Shown here: in pieces, positions 9,481-18,672 of the stretch
Layout: each line of letters opens with the position of its first letter
Numbering within the stretch: position 1 is the first letter of the stretch
Virus record (IMG/VR): IMGVR_UViG_3300011980_000002
Coordinates: 96,001 to 160,000 of that record
Reading direction: 5' to 3' (one strand)
Length of the DNA: 64,000 nt
Source of the DNA: a virus
The notes under the pieces: model-generated
The model's input: the letters and a program-made list of their open reading frames with translations, nothing else
Told to the model about the DNA's origin: nothing
Databases searched by the model: none
Translations under genes and position numbers: made by a program

Positions 9481-12447
9481 ATGCCAAATAATGACGCATT
9501 AGTAAATATTCTATTTTCTAATATAGATAATCTTAATAATTATGATATTAATGTATTTGATAGTAAATTAAATACATATACAGAAGATGGTGATACTTTT
9601 ATTAATAATCTTAAAGCTTCTATGGACAGTAATCCTTATAGTAAAGAATTTGCATTATTGAAGTCTAAATTATCAGAAGTTACAGATTCATTATATAAGA
9701 CAAGAGAAGTTAATAAATTTTTTACAAATATTAAGGATTATATTAAACTAGAGAAACTTCCAATAACTATAGCTGTAGAAGATACTGACATAGTAGATAG
9801 CGTTAATCCTCAATATCTATCTCAATTTATTAATAATATTACTATTAATATACAGTCGGTTATTGATGGTAAGAATAATTATGAGACTTTACAATCTTCT
9901 TATCTATCTAATGATTATTTAGTTACCATGAAAAAATCATTAGTAAAAACTTTGATACCGTATGAATTGGATAATACTGAATTATATACTTATCAGAATA
10001 AGAAGATAGTTACGGTTAATAAGGAATTCATTATATCTGTATTATTACCATTTACCAGTTATGTAAGTTCATATATAGAGAAAACTACAGAATTAATTAA
10101 AGATACTAATAGAGTAATTAATGATAATGAAGTTACTATTAATAATATAATGAGTGCAATGAGTTCATTAGAAGAATTGGATAGTGATACATTAAGAGAT
10201 ATAGAAAGATACGTTTACGAATCAATAAGAATGTATAAGACCCTTGTTTATTATATTATCTATATGATAATGAAAAAACTATCATCTATGCAATTTGATA
10301 TTGATGCTTATTACTCATTAAGACAGAAATTATTAAGTTTTCATCCAGAAGGTTCAAGAGTAATGCATGAACATGTATTGGATGGAAATCCTGAAGATGT
10401 TGACAGTACTAATACATTGAGTAGAGTACTTAATGGGGATTATTCTGTATTTAAAGCTATATTAGATAATCTTTATCATACATATAAGTATAATATGGCT
10501 AATAATACAGATATTAATGTATTCACCTCTATGAACAAAACCGATGAATATGATAGAGATATTTACATAGTACTTAATAAATTATTCATTATTATTAATT
10601 ACGGTTTAGAAACTTTAAATTCTTTATCTGATAAGGATATGATATCAACATCTGATGTATTAATTAAATCTGATTTAGATAAACCATTATCAGAAACTTA
10701 TTCAGATGTAATATCAAGACTATCTGATATAGATTTATATAAAGATAATAGTGATGTTAGAAATCCTTTAGGTAGTGCTAAGATTTATCTATCTATGTTA
10801 AATGAATTAGATATTGCTCGTACTTCTATGTATGAAATAGTTAAGTCTATTTATAATACATATAATAATTATCTTAATATAAAAGAAAATCTTATTGGTA
10901 AATTGAATAATATAGAGTATAATAATCAAGAGAAGATAAAAGAATTATGTAATAGGTTAAATTCATTTAATAGTGAATATAGAGAATTTGTAAATAATAT
11001 AACTAATACAATGATTAATAGATATAGGGATATATCTAATCTATTAGATAATTTAGAGTCTACAATATTTAAGAGTAAAGAATTATTTACCCTTAATCTA
11101 AATAATCCTGATACAGATAATTCATTAAATAGTGCATTAATAGAATCATATTCTAATATGTGTAAGATTGATATGGATTATATATTAGAAAGTAGAATGG
11201 GTGAGTATAATACTATAAGGAATTTACATGAGTTTGGAATAACCTTATTTGAAGATGGTGATAATTTAGCTACTAATGCTAATCAGAGTAATACTAATAG
11301 TAATTCTAATACAACCACAAATACCAATACATCTAATACTAATACCAGTAGTAGTGGTAGTACAGATACTAGTGTTAAAGGTGCATTAGATAAACTTATT
11401 ACTACAATAACTAATTTCTTCCAGAAAGCTGTAAATAGTATTAGAGGTGTTGTTGAAAAGCAAAAAGGTAATGTATCATGGTTAAATGATAAAGCTAATG
11501 ATATATTAAATAAGGTTAACTATAATAATGTGAATATTAGTATAGTCCCATATGATAAATACTTTAAGGCTGATGAATTACTTAATAATATGAATGATTT
11601 AGATAATAAGATTAAATCTATTACAGTAGACCAGATTAAGAATACTTTTAATGGTAATAGAGATGCTCTTAATAGTTATTTATTCTCATTTATAGATAAT
11701 GGATTGCTTCAATCTAATTTAGGAAACTTCTTCCCATTCTTAAAGACTTATTACAAGACTAAAGGTAAGAAGGTTGAGGCTGTTCCATATAAAGGTGCTG
11801 AAGTAAAACAGGTTGCAGAATTTGCAATTAATTACTGTAAGAGTTATTATACTGATTATTCAGATAAAGTATTAAAAGCATCTGAGAATATAAAGAATAG
11901 CTTAAATAATAAAATAACAGCATTAACTGATGATGTTATGAAAGAATCTGTGGATTTATTCTTAGAGGATACTAATACAAATAATAACCAGAATAATAAT
12001 GCTAATCAGAATAAACCTAATAACAGTAATAACCAGAATAAGGGTAATAACAAAGGTAATAATAAAGGTGGCAATAAATCTAATGTAGGAAATACTAAAG
12101 TACAAGTAAATGCTACAGATGATAATGGTAATAAAGTAGATACTAAAACGAATACTAAAGCTACAACTACATATGTTAAAGTATTTAGAGATTTGGCATC
12201 TTCTGTGGAAAATTATACCGCTTCAGTACTTAATACTACTAAAGATATTAACTTTGATTATTTACAATTATTAGATGGGTTGTATAAGTTGATTGGTAAT
12301 AAATCTGGTGATAATAATGTAGAGGTTAATAATAACGAGAATAAAGAAAATACCAATACAGATAATTTTAATAATAATACAGAAAATACAAATAATAACC
12401 AAAATAATAATAGCAATAATAATCAAAATGCTAATAATAAGAAATAA
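9481..12447 (+). CDS. Large Asn-rich coiled-coil protein (possible tape measure or internal virion protein)
   Basis: 988-aa ORF downstream of the sheath/tube block, with long N/T/S and N/K/G low-complexity tracts. The function is only a guess from position. Confidence 0.25.
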   Translation: MPNNDALVNILFSNIDNLNNYDINVFDSKLNTYTEDGDTFINNLKASMDSNPYSKEFALLKSKLSEVTDSLYKTREVNKFFTNIKDYIKLEKLPITIAVEDTDIVDSVNPQYLSQFINNITINIQSVIDGKNNYETLQSSYLSNDYLVTMKKSLVKTLIPYELDNTELYTYQNKKIVTVNKEFIISVLLPFTSYVSSYIEKTTELIKDTNRVINDNEVTINNIMSAMSSLEELDSDTLRDIERYVYESIRMYKTLVYYIIYMIMKKLSSMQFDIDAYYSLRQKLLSFHPEGSRVMHEHVLDGNPEDVDSTNTLSRVLNGDYSVFKAILDNLYHTYKYNMANNTDINVFTSMNKTDEYDRDIYIVLNKLFIIINYGLETLNSLSDKDMISTSDVLIKSDLDKPLSETYSDVISRLSDIDLYKDNSDVRNPLGSAKIYLSMLNELDIARTSMYEIVKSIYNTYNNYLNIKENLIGKLNNIEYNNQEKIKELCNRLNSFNSEYREFVNNITNTMINRYRDISNLLDNLESTIFKSKELFTLNLNNPDTDNSLNSALIESYSNMCKIDMDYILESRMGEYNTIRNLHEFGITLFEDGDNLATNANQSNTNSNSNTTTNTNTSNTNTSSSGSTDTSVKGALDKLITTITNFFQKAVNSIRGVVEKQKGNVSWLNDKANDILNKVNYNNVNISIVPYDKYFKADELLNNMNDLDNKIKSITVDQIKNTFNGNRDALNSYLFSFIDNGLLQSNLGNFFPFLKTYYKTKGKKVEAVPYKGAEVKQVAEFAINYCKSYYTDYSDKVLKASENIKNSLNNKITALTDDVMKESVDLFLEDTNTNNNQNNNANQNKPNNSNNQNKGNNKGNNKGGNKSNVGNTKVQVNATDDNGNKVDTKTNTKATTTYVKVFRDLASSVENYTASVLNTTKDINFDYLQLLDGLYKLIGNKSGDNNVEVNNNENKENTNTDNFNNNTENTNNNQNNNSNNNQNANNKK

Positions 12448-12450
12448 ATT

Positions 12451-12490
12451 AATTGTGTATATAGGTGATAATAAACCTATATACACAATT
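12451..12490. terminator. Bidirectional stem-loop between convergent genes
   Basis: aattgtgtatatagg / cctatatacacaatt. Confidence 0.6.
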
Positions 12491-12498
12491 ATCTTTCT

Positions 12499-13686
12499 TT
12501 AATCTTTTAAATTTAGTATATCATCAGTGATAAAGTGCTGTTTAATTTTATCACTACTGATATCTTCATTATACTTAATTTTAATATACTGTGAACTTTT
12601 ATCTTCTAAACTCAATGATTTATCGAAGACAGAACCATATTTTTTTACAGTTTCGTTCAAATATGTCTTATTCACAGTAGATACTCGATTAACAAATCCA
12701 TTATTAAATTCTACTTTAATATTCTTAATTCCTTTAAATCTTTCTTGTATATAAAGAATAACAGATTCCCCATTTTCATAATCTTCTGGTAAGTTAAATA
12801 CTAACCTCAATTTACCATCTATTCTATCATTCTTAATATTATTAGTAATCTTATCTAATTCTTTAGATAGATTATCCATAGATTTAAATATAATACTATT
12901 ATATCCATAATAAATAGTATTATATTTAGTAGCCAAAGTATTAATAATAAAATTAGATTTATACTTATTATTCTTATAGGTAAAATGGTAAAATCCTTTA
13001 TCTTCTTCTTCTCCAAATTTTGTTCTTGAGAAACTTCCACAATAATGAATATTATCATTAATTGTAGAATTTATATGATAGTGCCCAAAGAATACTTCTC
13101 CTTTACATATATGAGATAATTCATTAGAATTAAAAGTAGGGACTTTTAATCTATTAGAATTAGTAGATTTTTTATTTACATGAACTGAAGATGGCATTAA
13201 TTCGTTAATAACCCCATGTCCAAATATATAATCATATTTATTCTCATTATTAAAATAATTCTTATAATAATCTGACTTATTATAGATATATTCTTCGGGA
13301 ACATATAAAATCATCATATTATTAATACACTCTTCTTGTACAGTTTTAATTAATCTATAATCTATATTAGAGTTATTTATCCATTCATTTAAATATTCAT
13401 ACTGGTTACATTCGTGTGATTCTGTACCATAAACAATTCTTAACTTAGCGTTAAACTTCTTAATTATATCTATTAATTTAATCATAAATAAAGAAGCATA
13501 ATAAGTATGATTATCATTAAGATATAATAACTTATCAAAATAATCTCCAGATATAACCACTAAATCTAAATTATCTACTTTCAATGAAATATAGTCTAAT
13601 AACGAATATTGTAACTCATTAAATAATTTAGACGAGTCCATAGACCCAAAATGTATATCTGAAAAAACAATCCCTTCAAATTTCAT
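12499..13686 (-). CDS. Mre11/SbcD-family metallophosphoesterase nuclease
   Basis: Ordered phosphoesterase motifs are present: FSDIHFG, ISGDYFD, GTESHE, GHGV and FGHYH. GAAAGGA RBS. Confidence 0.75.
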   Translation of the reverse strand: MKFEGIVFSDIHFGSMDSSKLFNELQYSLLDYISLKVDNLDLVVISGDYFDKLLYLNDNHTYYASLFMIKLIDIIKKFNAKLRIVYGTESHECNQYEYLNEWINNSNIDYRLIKTVQEECINNMMILYVPEEYIYNKSDYYKNYFNNENKYDYIFGHGVINELMPSSVHVNKKSTNSNRLKVPTFNSNELSHICKGEVFFGHYHINSTINDNIHYCGSFSRTKFGEEEDKGFYHFTYKNNKYKSNFIINTLATKYNTIYYGYNSIIFKSMDNLSKELDKITNNIKNDRIDGKLRLVFNLPEDYENGESVILYIQERFKGIKNIKVEFNNGFVNRVSTVNKTYLNETVKKYGSVFDKSLSLEDKSSQYIKIKYNEDISSDKIKQHFITDDILNLKD

Positions 13687-13728
13687 TTAAGATAAAATCC
13701 TTTCATTGTCCGATTATAAGAAAGTAAA

Positions 13729-13771
13729 TTCGTATTTTAAGTATTATTAAATATATACTATTTATGTGTAA
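13729..13771 (+). promoter_or_regulatory. Cassette promoter
   Basis: tcgtatttt-N16-tatactatttatgtgtaaaataaat. Confidence 0.6.
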
Positions 13772-13786
13772 AATAAATATATTTAA

Positions 13787-13815
13787 GGGTGGAGATAATA
13801 TCAAGAGCCCAGGAG
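13787..13815 (+). promoter_or_regulatory. Conserved 5' leader element, copy 1 of 3
   Basis: gggtggagataatatcaagagcccaggag. Near-identical copies occur at 50269-50298 and on the complement of 28115-28145. Confidence 0.7.
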
Positions 13816-13820
13816 TTAAT

Positions 13821-14075
13821 ATGAGAAAGAAATTCGATTACACAGAAACACTTAATTCAGCTATGGAAGTTGTGTCTGCTCCACACAACAACTTTAGCAG
13901 ACCGACCCTGATGAAAATCGCAGCTCAGCTCGAAGCCGCGAAGTCAGGGTTAGAGAGAGGTGAGGAGTGGTACCTCTCTAAATTCAAGGACACTCCACCA
14001 TACGTTGAGAAGGACTTAGCTGAAGCTGAGTTCCTTCTTGACAATATTGAGGCTAGGTTAGAGTGCGTTCTCTAA
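13821..14075 (+). CDS. Small hypothetical protein, G+C-rich cassette gene
   Basis: I prefer the ATG at 13821 (GGAG 6 nt upstream) over the track start at 13764, which lies inside the promoter. 84 aa. Confidence 0.7.
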   Translation: MRKKFDYTETLNSAMEVVSAPHNNFSRPTLMKIAAQLEAAKSGLERGEEWYLSKFKDTPPYVEKDLAEAEFLLDNIEARLECVL

Positions 14076-14091
14076 TCTAACCACAATAAAA

Positions 14092-14135
14092 AATAAGAAC
14101 TGTGGCATGAGCAACCATAGTTCTTATTTTTTTTT
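14092..14135 (+). terminator. Rho-independent terminator
   Basis: aataagaactgtgg / ccatagttcttatt followed by a T-run. Confidence 0.7.
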
Positions 14136-14146
14136 GTATAAGCTTA

Positions 14147-14164
14147 TATAATATTAATATGTAA
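14147..14164 (+). promoter_or_regulatory. Promoter, TATAAT variant of the cassette motif
   Basis: tataatattaatatgtaataaaaa, about 40 nt upstream of the start codon. Confidence 0.4.
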
Positions 14165-14203
14165 TAAAAATATTATTAATAATATTAAAGGAGAAAAAGA
14201 AAT

Positions 14204-15097
14204 ATGAATAATGAAAATGTAGTTACAAATCCAAGGTTATTGAACTTTGAAAATATGTGTTCCGAGAAGAATATTAATTTTACTGGTTATATTGACCATG
14301 TGGAGTTTTTACAAGCATATGATGATAAAGTCGTTTCAAATTTACTAGATGAACCACTTTTTATTGATGATGACTGTGATCTTATAATAAACCGTATTAT
14401 CAGATATCTCATGAATAATACTGATAAGAATTTCATAATGTATATGTCTACTCATTACGTATTACTTAGGTCTAGCTATAACGAACTAGACAATATGGAT
14501 ACTGTAGATGATATTATGTATAATGGAAATACTCTACATATCTATAGTAAATATATCTCATCAAATAGAAAGACTAAAATTATTAATCATAATAGGTTAT
14601 GGGCATATAAAAATAATACTATATATGATAAATTAATATTTGATAAGGAACTATTTCAGTGTCTTAAGCTTAGATATAATAATAGATTACATACATCATT
14701 TAATATAAATACCGATAAATACTCAAATAACATAATAGCAATAGACTGTTGGGAAGATTACGATTACTACTCATCTAAGGATACACTTATATCAGATTGG
14801 TCTCATAATAAAACCATAATAAATAAACTTGTTAAATATCCAGATGATTCTAAATTCTCTATAAAGAATTCATATAAATTAATATATTCAAAATATGAGT
14901 TAGATGAAGAACCAACTGGTGAATTCTCACACTTTATAACTGGTAGAATAGAATTTGTTTGTGGTTTAAATATCTTTTCATGCAATGTTGAAACTGGTGA
15001 TGATGTTACAAAGGATATACTAACATATATAGATTATTTAGGTGGTCGCAAATCAAAACTTAAAGGAGAAAAGAAATATGAAGGTTATGCTAATTAA
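14204..15097 (+). CDS. Paralog family member A (hypothetical)
   Basis: Shares the blocks DxxDxIxYNGxxLHIYSKYI and FITGRIEFV with the next three genes. Confidence 0.7.
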   Translation: MNNENVVTNPRLLNFENMCSEKNINFTGYIDHVEFLQAYDDKVVSNLLDEPLFIDDDCDLIINRIIRYLMNNTDKNFIMYMSTHYVLLRSSYNELDNMDTVDDIMYNGNTLHIYSKYISSNRKTKIINHNRLWAYKNNTIYDKLIFDKELFQCLKLRYNNRLHTSFNINTDKYSNNIIAIDCWEDYDYYSSKDTLISDWSHNKTIINKLVKYPDDSKFSIKNSYKLIYSKYELDEEPTGEFSHFITGRIEFVCGLNIFSCNVETGDDVTKDILTYIDYLGGRKSKLKGEKKYEGYAN

Positions 15098-16136
15098 AAT
15101 AACTAAGAATATCTACGGATTCGAGGCTATTAGATATGATGAGAATATTTATGATCCGCATATATATGATATCATTGCTTTTAAAAATAAGCACCATAAT
15201 GATGTTTCCGTTATCAGAATAGAATATATTGATAAGGTAATTGATGCTGAGGATTATGATATAGATAATGTGCATGAATTTCTTTCATGTATAAAAATAC
15301 CAAACTTTATTAAATTCGCTATTAATAATAATATAGCATATGATTACATAATTAATGGAGTTGATTTGTTATATGTTGATAATAGTAGTATCTTTGTAAA
15401 AGAAGTCACTAGCAGTAAGTATATAAAAGGCAGTTGTCATTTATCTCTTCCGTTATATGATATAATTAAAACTAATGATAAATATTTCATATATAAAATT
15501 TACGATAAATTCATATCGATGATGATGAGTAATATCAAATATGATGATATAGAATGTGTTGATAAAATCATATATAATGGGGAAGTTAAATATATTTACA
15601 CAGAACTGTTAGAACTTGACAATATTAGACTTATGTATGATTCAGACATCACACATCTGGCAAAGATTAAGTTACCTCATAATGAATATATGTATAGTAA
15701 AATATATAATAAGTATAATAATGTAGTTAAAGTCTGGGATATTATTGAAGAAGAAGATGATCTGGATGGTATGTATACAGAATGTGATAGAATTTCTGAA
15801 ATTTATGACAATACTACAATATTTGGAAATATTGATTGTAATTGGAAATTTGATAATACATACGAAGATTTATTGAACCTATTTAAACATGATGACTCTA
15901 TAATATCTGAATTGAATAAACAGTTCAAATACAGGGGCGATAGTCTAACGATATCAACAGATTCAAATGTTATGTATACAATATCAGATTACGAATTATC
16001 GAAAGATGATAAATTGTATAAATATGTTACTAAGAGATTAGAATATGTTGGAATTGTTCATCAATATAATATAGGATGTAAATCTATTTCTAATGCTGTA
16101 GTTAGCGTGTATAAAATATCATCTGAGAGATGGTAG
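15078..16136 (+). CDS. Paralog family member B (hypothetical)
   Basis: The ATG at 15078 has AAAGGAG upstream and overlaps the upstream gene by 20 nt. The N-terminus MKVMLIKI...YDENIYDP...IPNF is shared with members C and D. Confidence 0.7.
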   Translation: MKVMLIKITKNIYGFEAIRYDENIYDPHIYDIIAFKNKHHNDVSVIRIEYIDKVIDAEDYDIDNVHEFLSCIKIPNFIKFAINNNIAYDYIINGVDLLYVDNSSIFVKEVTSSKYIKGSCHLSLPLYDIIKTNDKYFIYKIYDKFISMMMSNIKYDDIECVDKIIYNGEVKYIYTELLELDNIRLMYDSDITHLAKIKLPHNEYMYSKIYNKYNNVVKVWDIIEEEDDLDGMYTECDRISEIYDNTTIFGNIDCNWKFDNTYEDLLNLFKHDDSIISELNKQFKYRGDSLTISTDSNVMYTISDYELSKDDKLYKYVTKRLEYVGIVHQYNIGCKSISNAVVSVYKISSERW

Positions 16137-16150
16137 TATTCTATATAAAA

Positions 16151-16187
16151 TATAACCTGAGTTTAATACTTGGGTTATATTTTTTTT
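16151..16187 (+). terminator. Rho-independent terminator
   Basis: tataacc..gggttata stem followed by a T7 run. Confidence 0.65.
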
Positions 16188-16188
16188 A

Positions 16189-16228
16189 TCGTATATATAT
16201 ATATTGATTATATACTATTTATCTGTAA
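16189..16228 (+). promoter_or_regulatory. Cassette promoter
   Basis: tcgtatat-(TA)n spacer-tatactatttatctgtaaataaaataaat. Confidence 0.55.
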
Positions 16229-16263
16229 ATAAAATAAATAGTATATATTAAAGGAGAAAAAAT

Positions 16264-16899
16264 ATGAAAAGTATAATAGTTGAAATAGAAGTTAATGATA
16301 AAAATTGTAATAGAGCTTTTGAAACAGATGATACGATATTATTGAATTATGATGAAAGTTTATATACCCCAAAGGTGTATGATAACATCATATACACAGA
16401 TATTGATTATGATGACATTATCCACATGTCAAAAATACTTTCAATATACGAACCTAATGAGGAGCTATATCAAGAGGTTGATGAGATATATAATTTAGTA
16501 GCAAGTTTTAGGCTACCAAATATAGAGGAGTTCTGTATCGGTAATAGAATACCATATGATGGAGTCTATTATAATGCAAATTTAAAATACATCAATAACT
16601 CTACAATATTTAACAAATATGGTATATCTTCAATAGATAGTGTTTCAAATAGTAATATCGGTTTTCCAATATATCATGCTTTGAAAAAGCAGGATATTGA
16701 AGAGGTGTATGAAATATCAGATAAATATATTTCGTTCATGATATCAAAGGATAAAGTGGACGGTTTTGATGCATGCGACTCATTTACATATAAAGGAACC
16801 ACCATGTATATCTATATAAAATATCTAAATGTAACATTTGATAAATTGGGTATCGTTATAATTGATGATTTGGAGAAGCTTTCTAAGTTCCATGATTGA
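16264..16899 (+). CDS. Paralog family member C, N-terminal part (ends at an in-frame TGA)
   Basis: Aligns with the N-terminal 60 percent of members B and D. Its stop codon TGA at 16897 is directly followed by ATG in the same frame. Confidence 0.6.
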   Translation: MKSIIVEIEVNDKNCNRAFETDDTILLNYDESLYTPKVYDNIIYTDIDYDDIIHMSKILSIYEPNEELYQEVDEIYNLVASFRLPNIEEFCIGNRIPYDGVYYNANLKYINNSTIFNKYGISSIDSVSNSNIGFPIYHALKKQDIEEVYEISDKYISFMISKDKVDGFDACDSFTYKGTTMYIYIKYLNVTFDKLGIVIIDDLEKLSKFHD

Positions 16900-17376
16900 A
16901 TGATTTTTAATGGAGAGCTTTTCGCTTTCATCAAAGAGAAATGTCATAAGAAGATCTATAACTGGTTTATTGGTCATAGTTCAGATAATGAATATGGTTA
17001 TCCGAAATATGATTATAATAAAGTCGAGAATATTCTTGAACTACTCGATCTTGAAGATTTATATAGGTATAATTACATACCTAGCGATTGTGAAATTTAT
17101 AATCGTGATGATGTGCTAGAATATATTAAAGATATACCCGAACTAATCGGTGAAGGTAATCGCCTATATGATAACTTCGATGAAACTCAAGAGGTGAAAT
17201 ATTCATATTCTTATTCTTATATTTATAATGTAAATCATCTTAACTGTGAGGTAAATCCAGAACTTAAGAAATATATCGATAAACAGTTTGAATTTGTTGC
17301 GACTGTTAAAGATATAACTCTTATGTCACTATCTAACAATAAATATCCACTATCTACTTATGTCGTTAGTAGATAA
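16900..17376 (+). CDS. Paralog family member C, C-terminal part
   Basis: Same frame as 16264-16899. Its C-terminus YIDKQFEFVATV matches the family C-terminal block. The combined length is 369 aa, against 352 and 338 aa for the paralogs. Confidence 0.55.
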   Translation: MIFNGELFAFIKEKCHKKIYNWFIGHSSDNEYGYPKYDYNKVENILELLDLEDLYRYNYIPSDCEIYNRDDVLEYIKDIPELIGEGNRLYDNFDETQEVKYSYSYSYIYNVNHLNCEVNPELKKYIDKQFEFVATVKDITLMSLSNNKYPLSTYVVSR

Positions 17377-17389
17377 TGGATAACTTAAA

Positions 17390-17429
17390 AATATTAACCC
17401 ATGAAATTAATCAGGGTTAATATTTTTTT
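17390..17429 (+). terminator. Rho-independent terminator
   Basis: aatattaaccc / gggttaatatt followed by a T-run. Confidence 0.7.
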
Positions 17430-17437
17430 ACTTTGAC

Positions 17438-17460
17438 TATATAATATTTATCTGTAGTAA
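17438..17460 (+). promoter_or_regulatory. Promoter, TATAAT variant of the cassette motif
   Basis: tatataatatttatctgtagtaa. Confidence 0.45.
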
Positions 17461-17489
17461 AATTATTTATGTTAAAGGAGAAAATAAAT

Positions 17490-18506
17490 ATGAAAGTTAT
17501 ACAGTTAGAAACTATTAATGTTGAGAGTAGTAGAGTTTTCAAATATGATGAAAATAAAATTAGTATTCATATTGATGATCATGTTGTATTTAGATCTGAT
17601 GATAATAGAATACATATAGTAGAAGTTGAAGAAGTTTATAGAGAGCCTGTTCTTTGGTATGATATTAAAGATATATCTGAAGTTATAGGGTCATTCAGGT
17701 TAGATAACTTTAAGAATTTTTGTATAAGTAATTATATATGTTATAGAAAATATATTAGGCATATTAACATATATCAGGTTATTGGGGATAAATTATGTGT
17801 TGCAGACAAGTCTTTTGTGATTGACTCTGAGCTTCCTAAGCAATATACTATGTATAATTTTATTGATGTAGTACATGATTGCCTATCTGATATTAATAAC
17901 TATCAATTCGGGTATTTCGACTATGAGTACTTTGCATTTATTGCAAGTACAGAAGAAATTGAAGATATGGATAGTTGTGATACATTCAATTTTGAAGGCA
18001 AAGATATCCATATCTATAGTAAGAGAATTACTGATTTAGTTGAATCTCGTATATTTGAAACCATAGATAAAGTAATCGTGAACTACGAACAATTCTATTT
18101 CGATAAAGAAAGATTAGACCTATTAGATACTGCGTATAATAGTATGGTTCATTACGGAAATGATATACCAAGTATTTTTAAAGATAATGATGATTTGGAA
18201 GTATATCAATTAAATCCGTCATGGTACGATAGTGAATTATCTATAGATAAAGAATATGAAGATAGTATAGAAAATTCCTTGGTTAAGATGAACGAATGTT
18301 ATAAAGACACTTCTATCCATAGGATAGTAAATGTGTATGTTTTATTTACAAAGAAAGAAATCACAGCATATCTTCCAAGTAATCTTAGTAAATTCATAAA
18401 ACATAGACTAGCTTATATATCAGATTTAATAGAAGTTGGATTTAAATCAACTGCTCCTACACAAGATTCTAAAAAGACTAGAGCTAGAATTTATTATATC
18501 AAATAA
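17490..18506 (+). CDS. Paralog family member D (hypothetical)
   Basis: The ATG at 17490 has AAAGGAG upstream. It shares N-terminal, central (DSCDTFNFEGKDIHIYSK) and C-terminal blocks with the family. Confidence 0.7.
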   Translation: MKVIQLETINVESSRVFKYDENKISIHIDDHVVFRSDDNRIHIVEVEEVYREPVLWYDIKDISEVIGSFRLDNFKNFCISNYICYRKYIRHINIYQVIGDKLCVADKSFVIDSELPKQYTMYNFIDVVHDCLSDINNYQFGYFDYEYFAFIASTEEIEDMDSCDTFNFEGKDIHIYSKRITDLVESRIFETIDKVIVNYEQFYFDKERLDLLDTAYNSMVHYGNDIPSIFKDNDDLEVYQLNPSWYDSELSIDKEYEDSIENSLVKMNECYKDTSIHRIVNVYVLFTKKEITAYLPSNLSKFIKHRLAYISDLIEVGFKSTAPTQDSKKTRARIYYIK

Positions 18507-18526
18507 TTATTAATTCATTATCTAAC

Positions 18527-18570
18527 ATATAGACTAATTAGAAATTAGCATTTTTCTAATTAGTCTATAT
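18527..18570 (+). terminator. Stem-loop terminator
   Basis: atatagactaattagaaa / tttctaattagtctatat. Confidence 0.6.
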
Positions 18571-18672
18571 AATATTAATTAGATATCAATCATGTGTAGA
18601 ATAATTACAATCATTATTCATTACATCATGTCGATATAAATTTATTTTTTAAATATGAAAGGAGTAACGAAA

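Noticed and set aside
13764-13820. The upstream start codons offered by the ORF track at 13764, 50271, 15042, 17469, 18655, 29099, 52044, 56047 and 25302.
   Set aside because: These starts fall inside promoter or leader elements, or they lack an RBS. In each case a downstream in-frame ATG has a well-spaced AAAGGAG or GAAAGGA.
16897-16899. Genome-wide reassignment of TGA (genetic code 4 or 25) as the explanation for the in-frame TGA.
   Set aside because: Long genes across the window are intact under the standard code, and Trp is encoded by TGG throughout. TGA also appears to terminate the two tnpB genes and the 48552-48728 ORF at positions followed by non-coding structured sequence. A local nonsense or read-through event is therefore more likely.
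17432-17446. TTGACT next to TATATAAT at 17432-17446 as a host sigma-70-type promoter.
   Set aside because: The two boxes are separated by about 1 nt rather than about 17 nt. The TATAAT belongs to the cassette-promoter variant instead.
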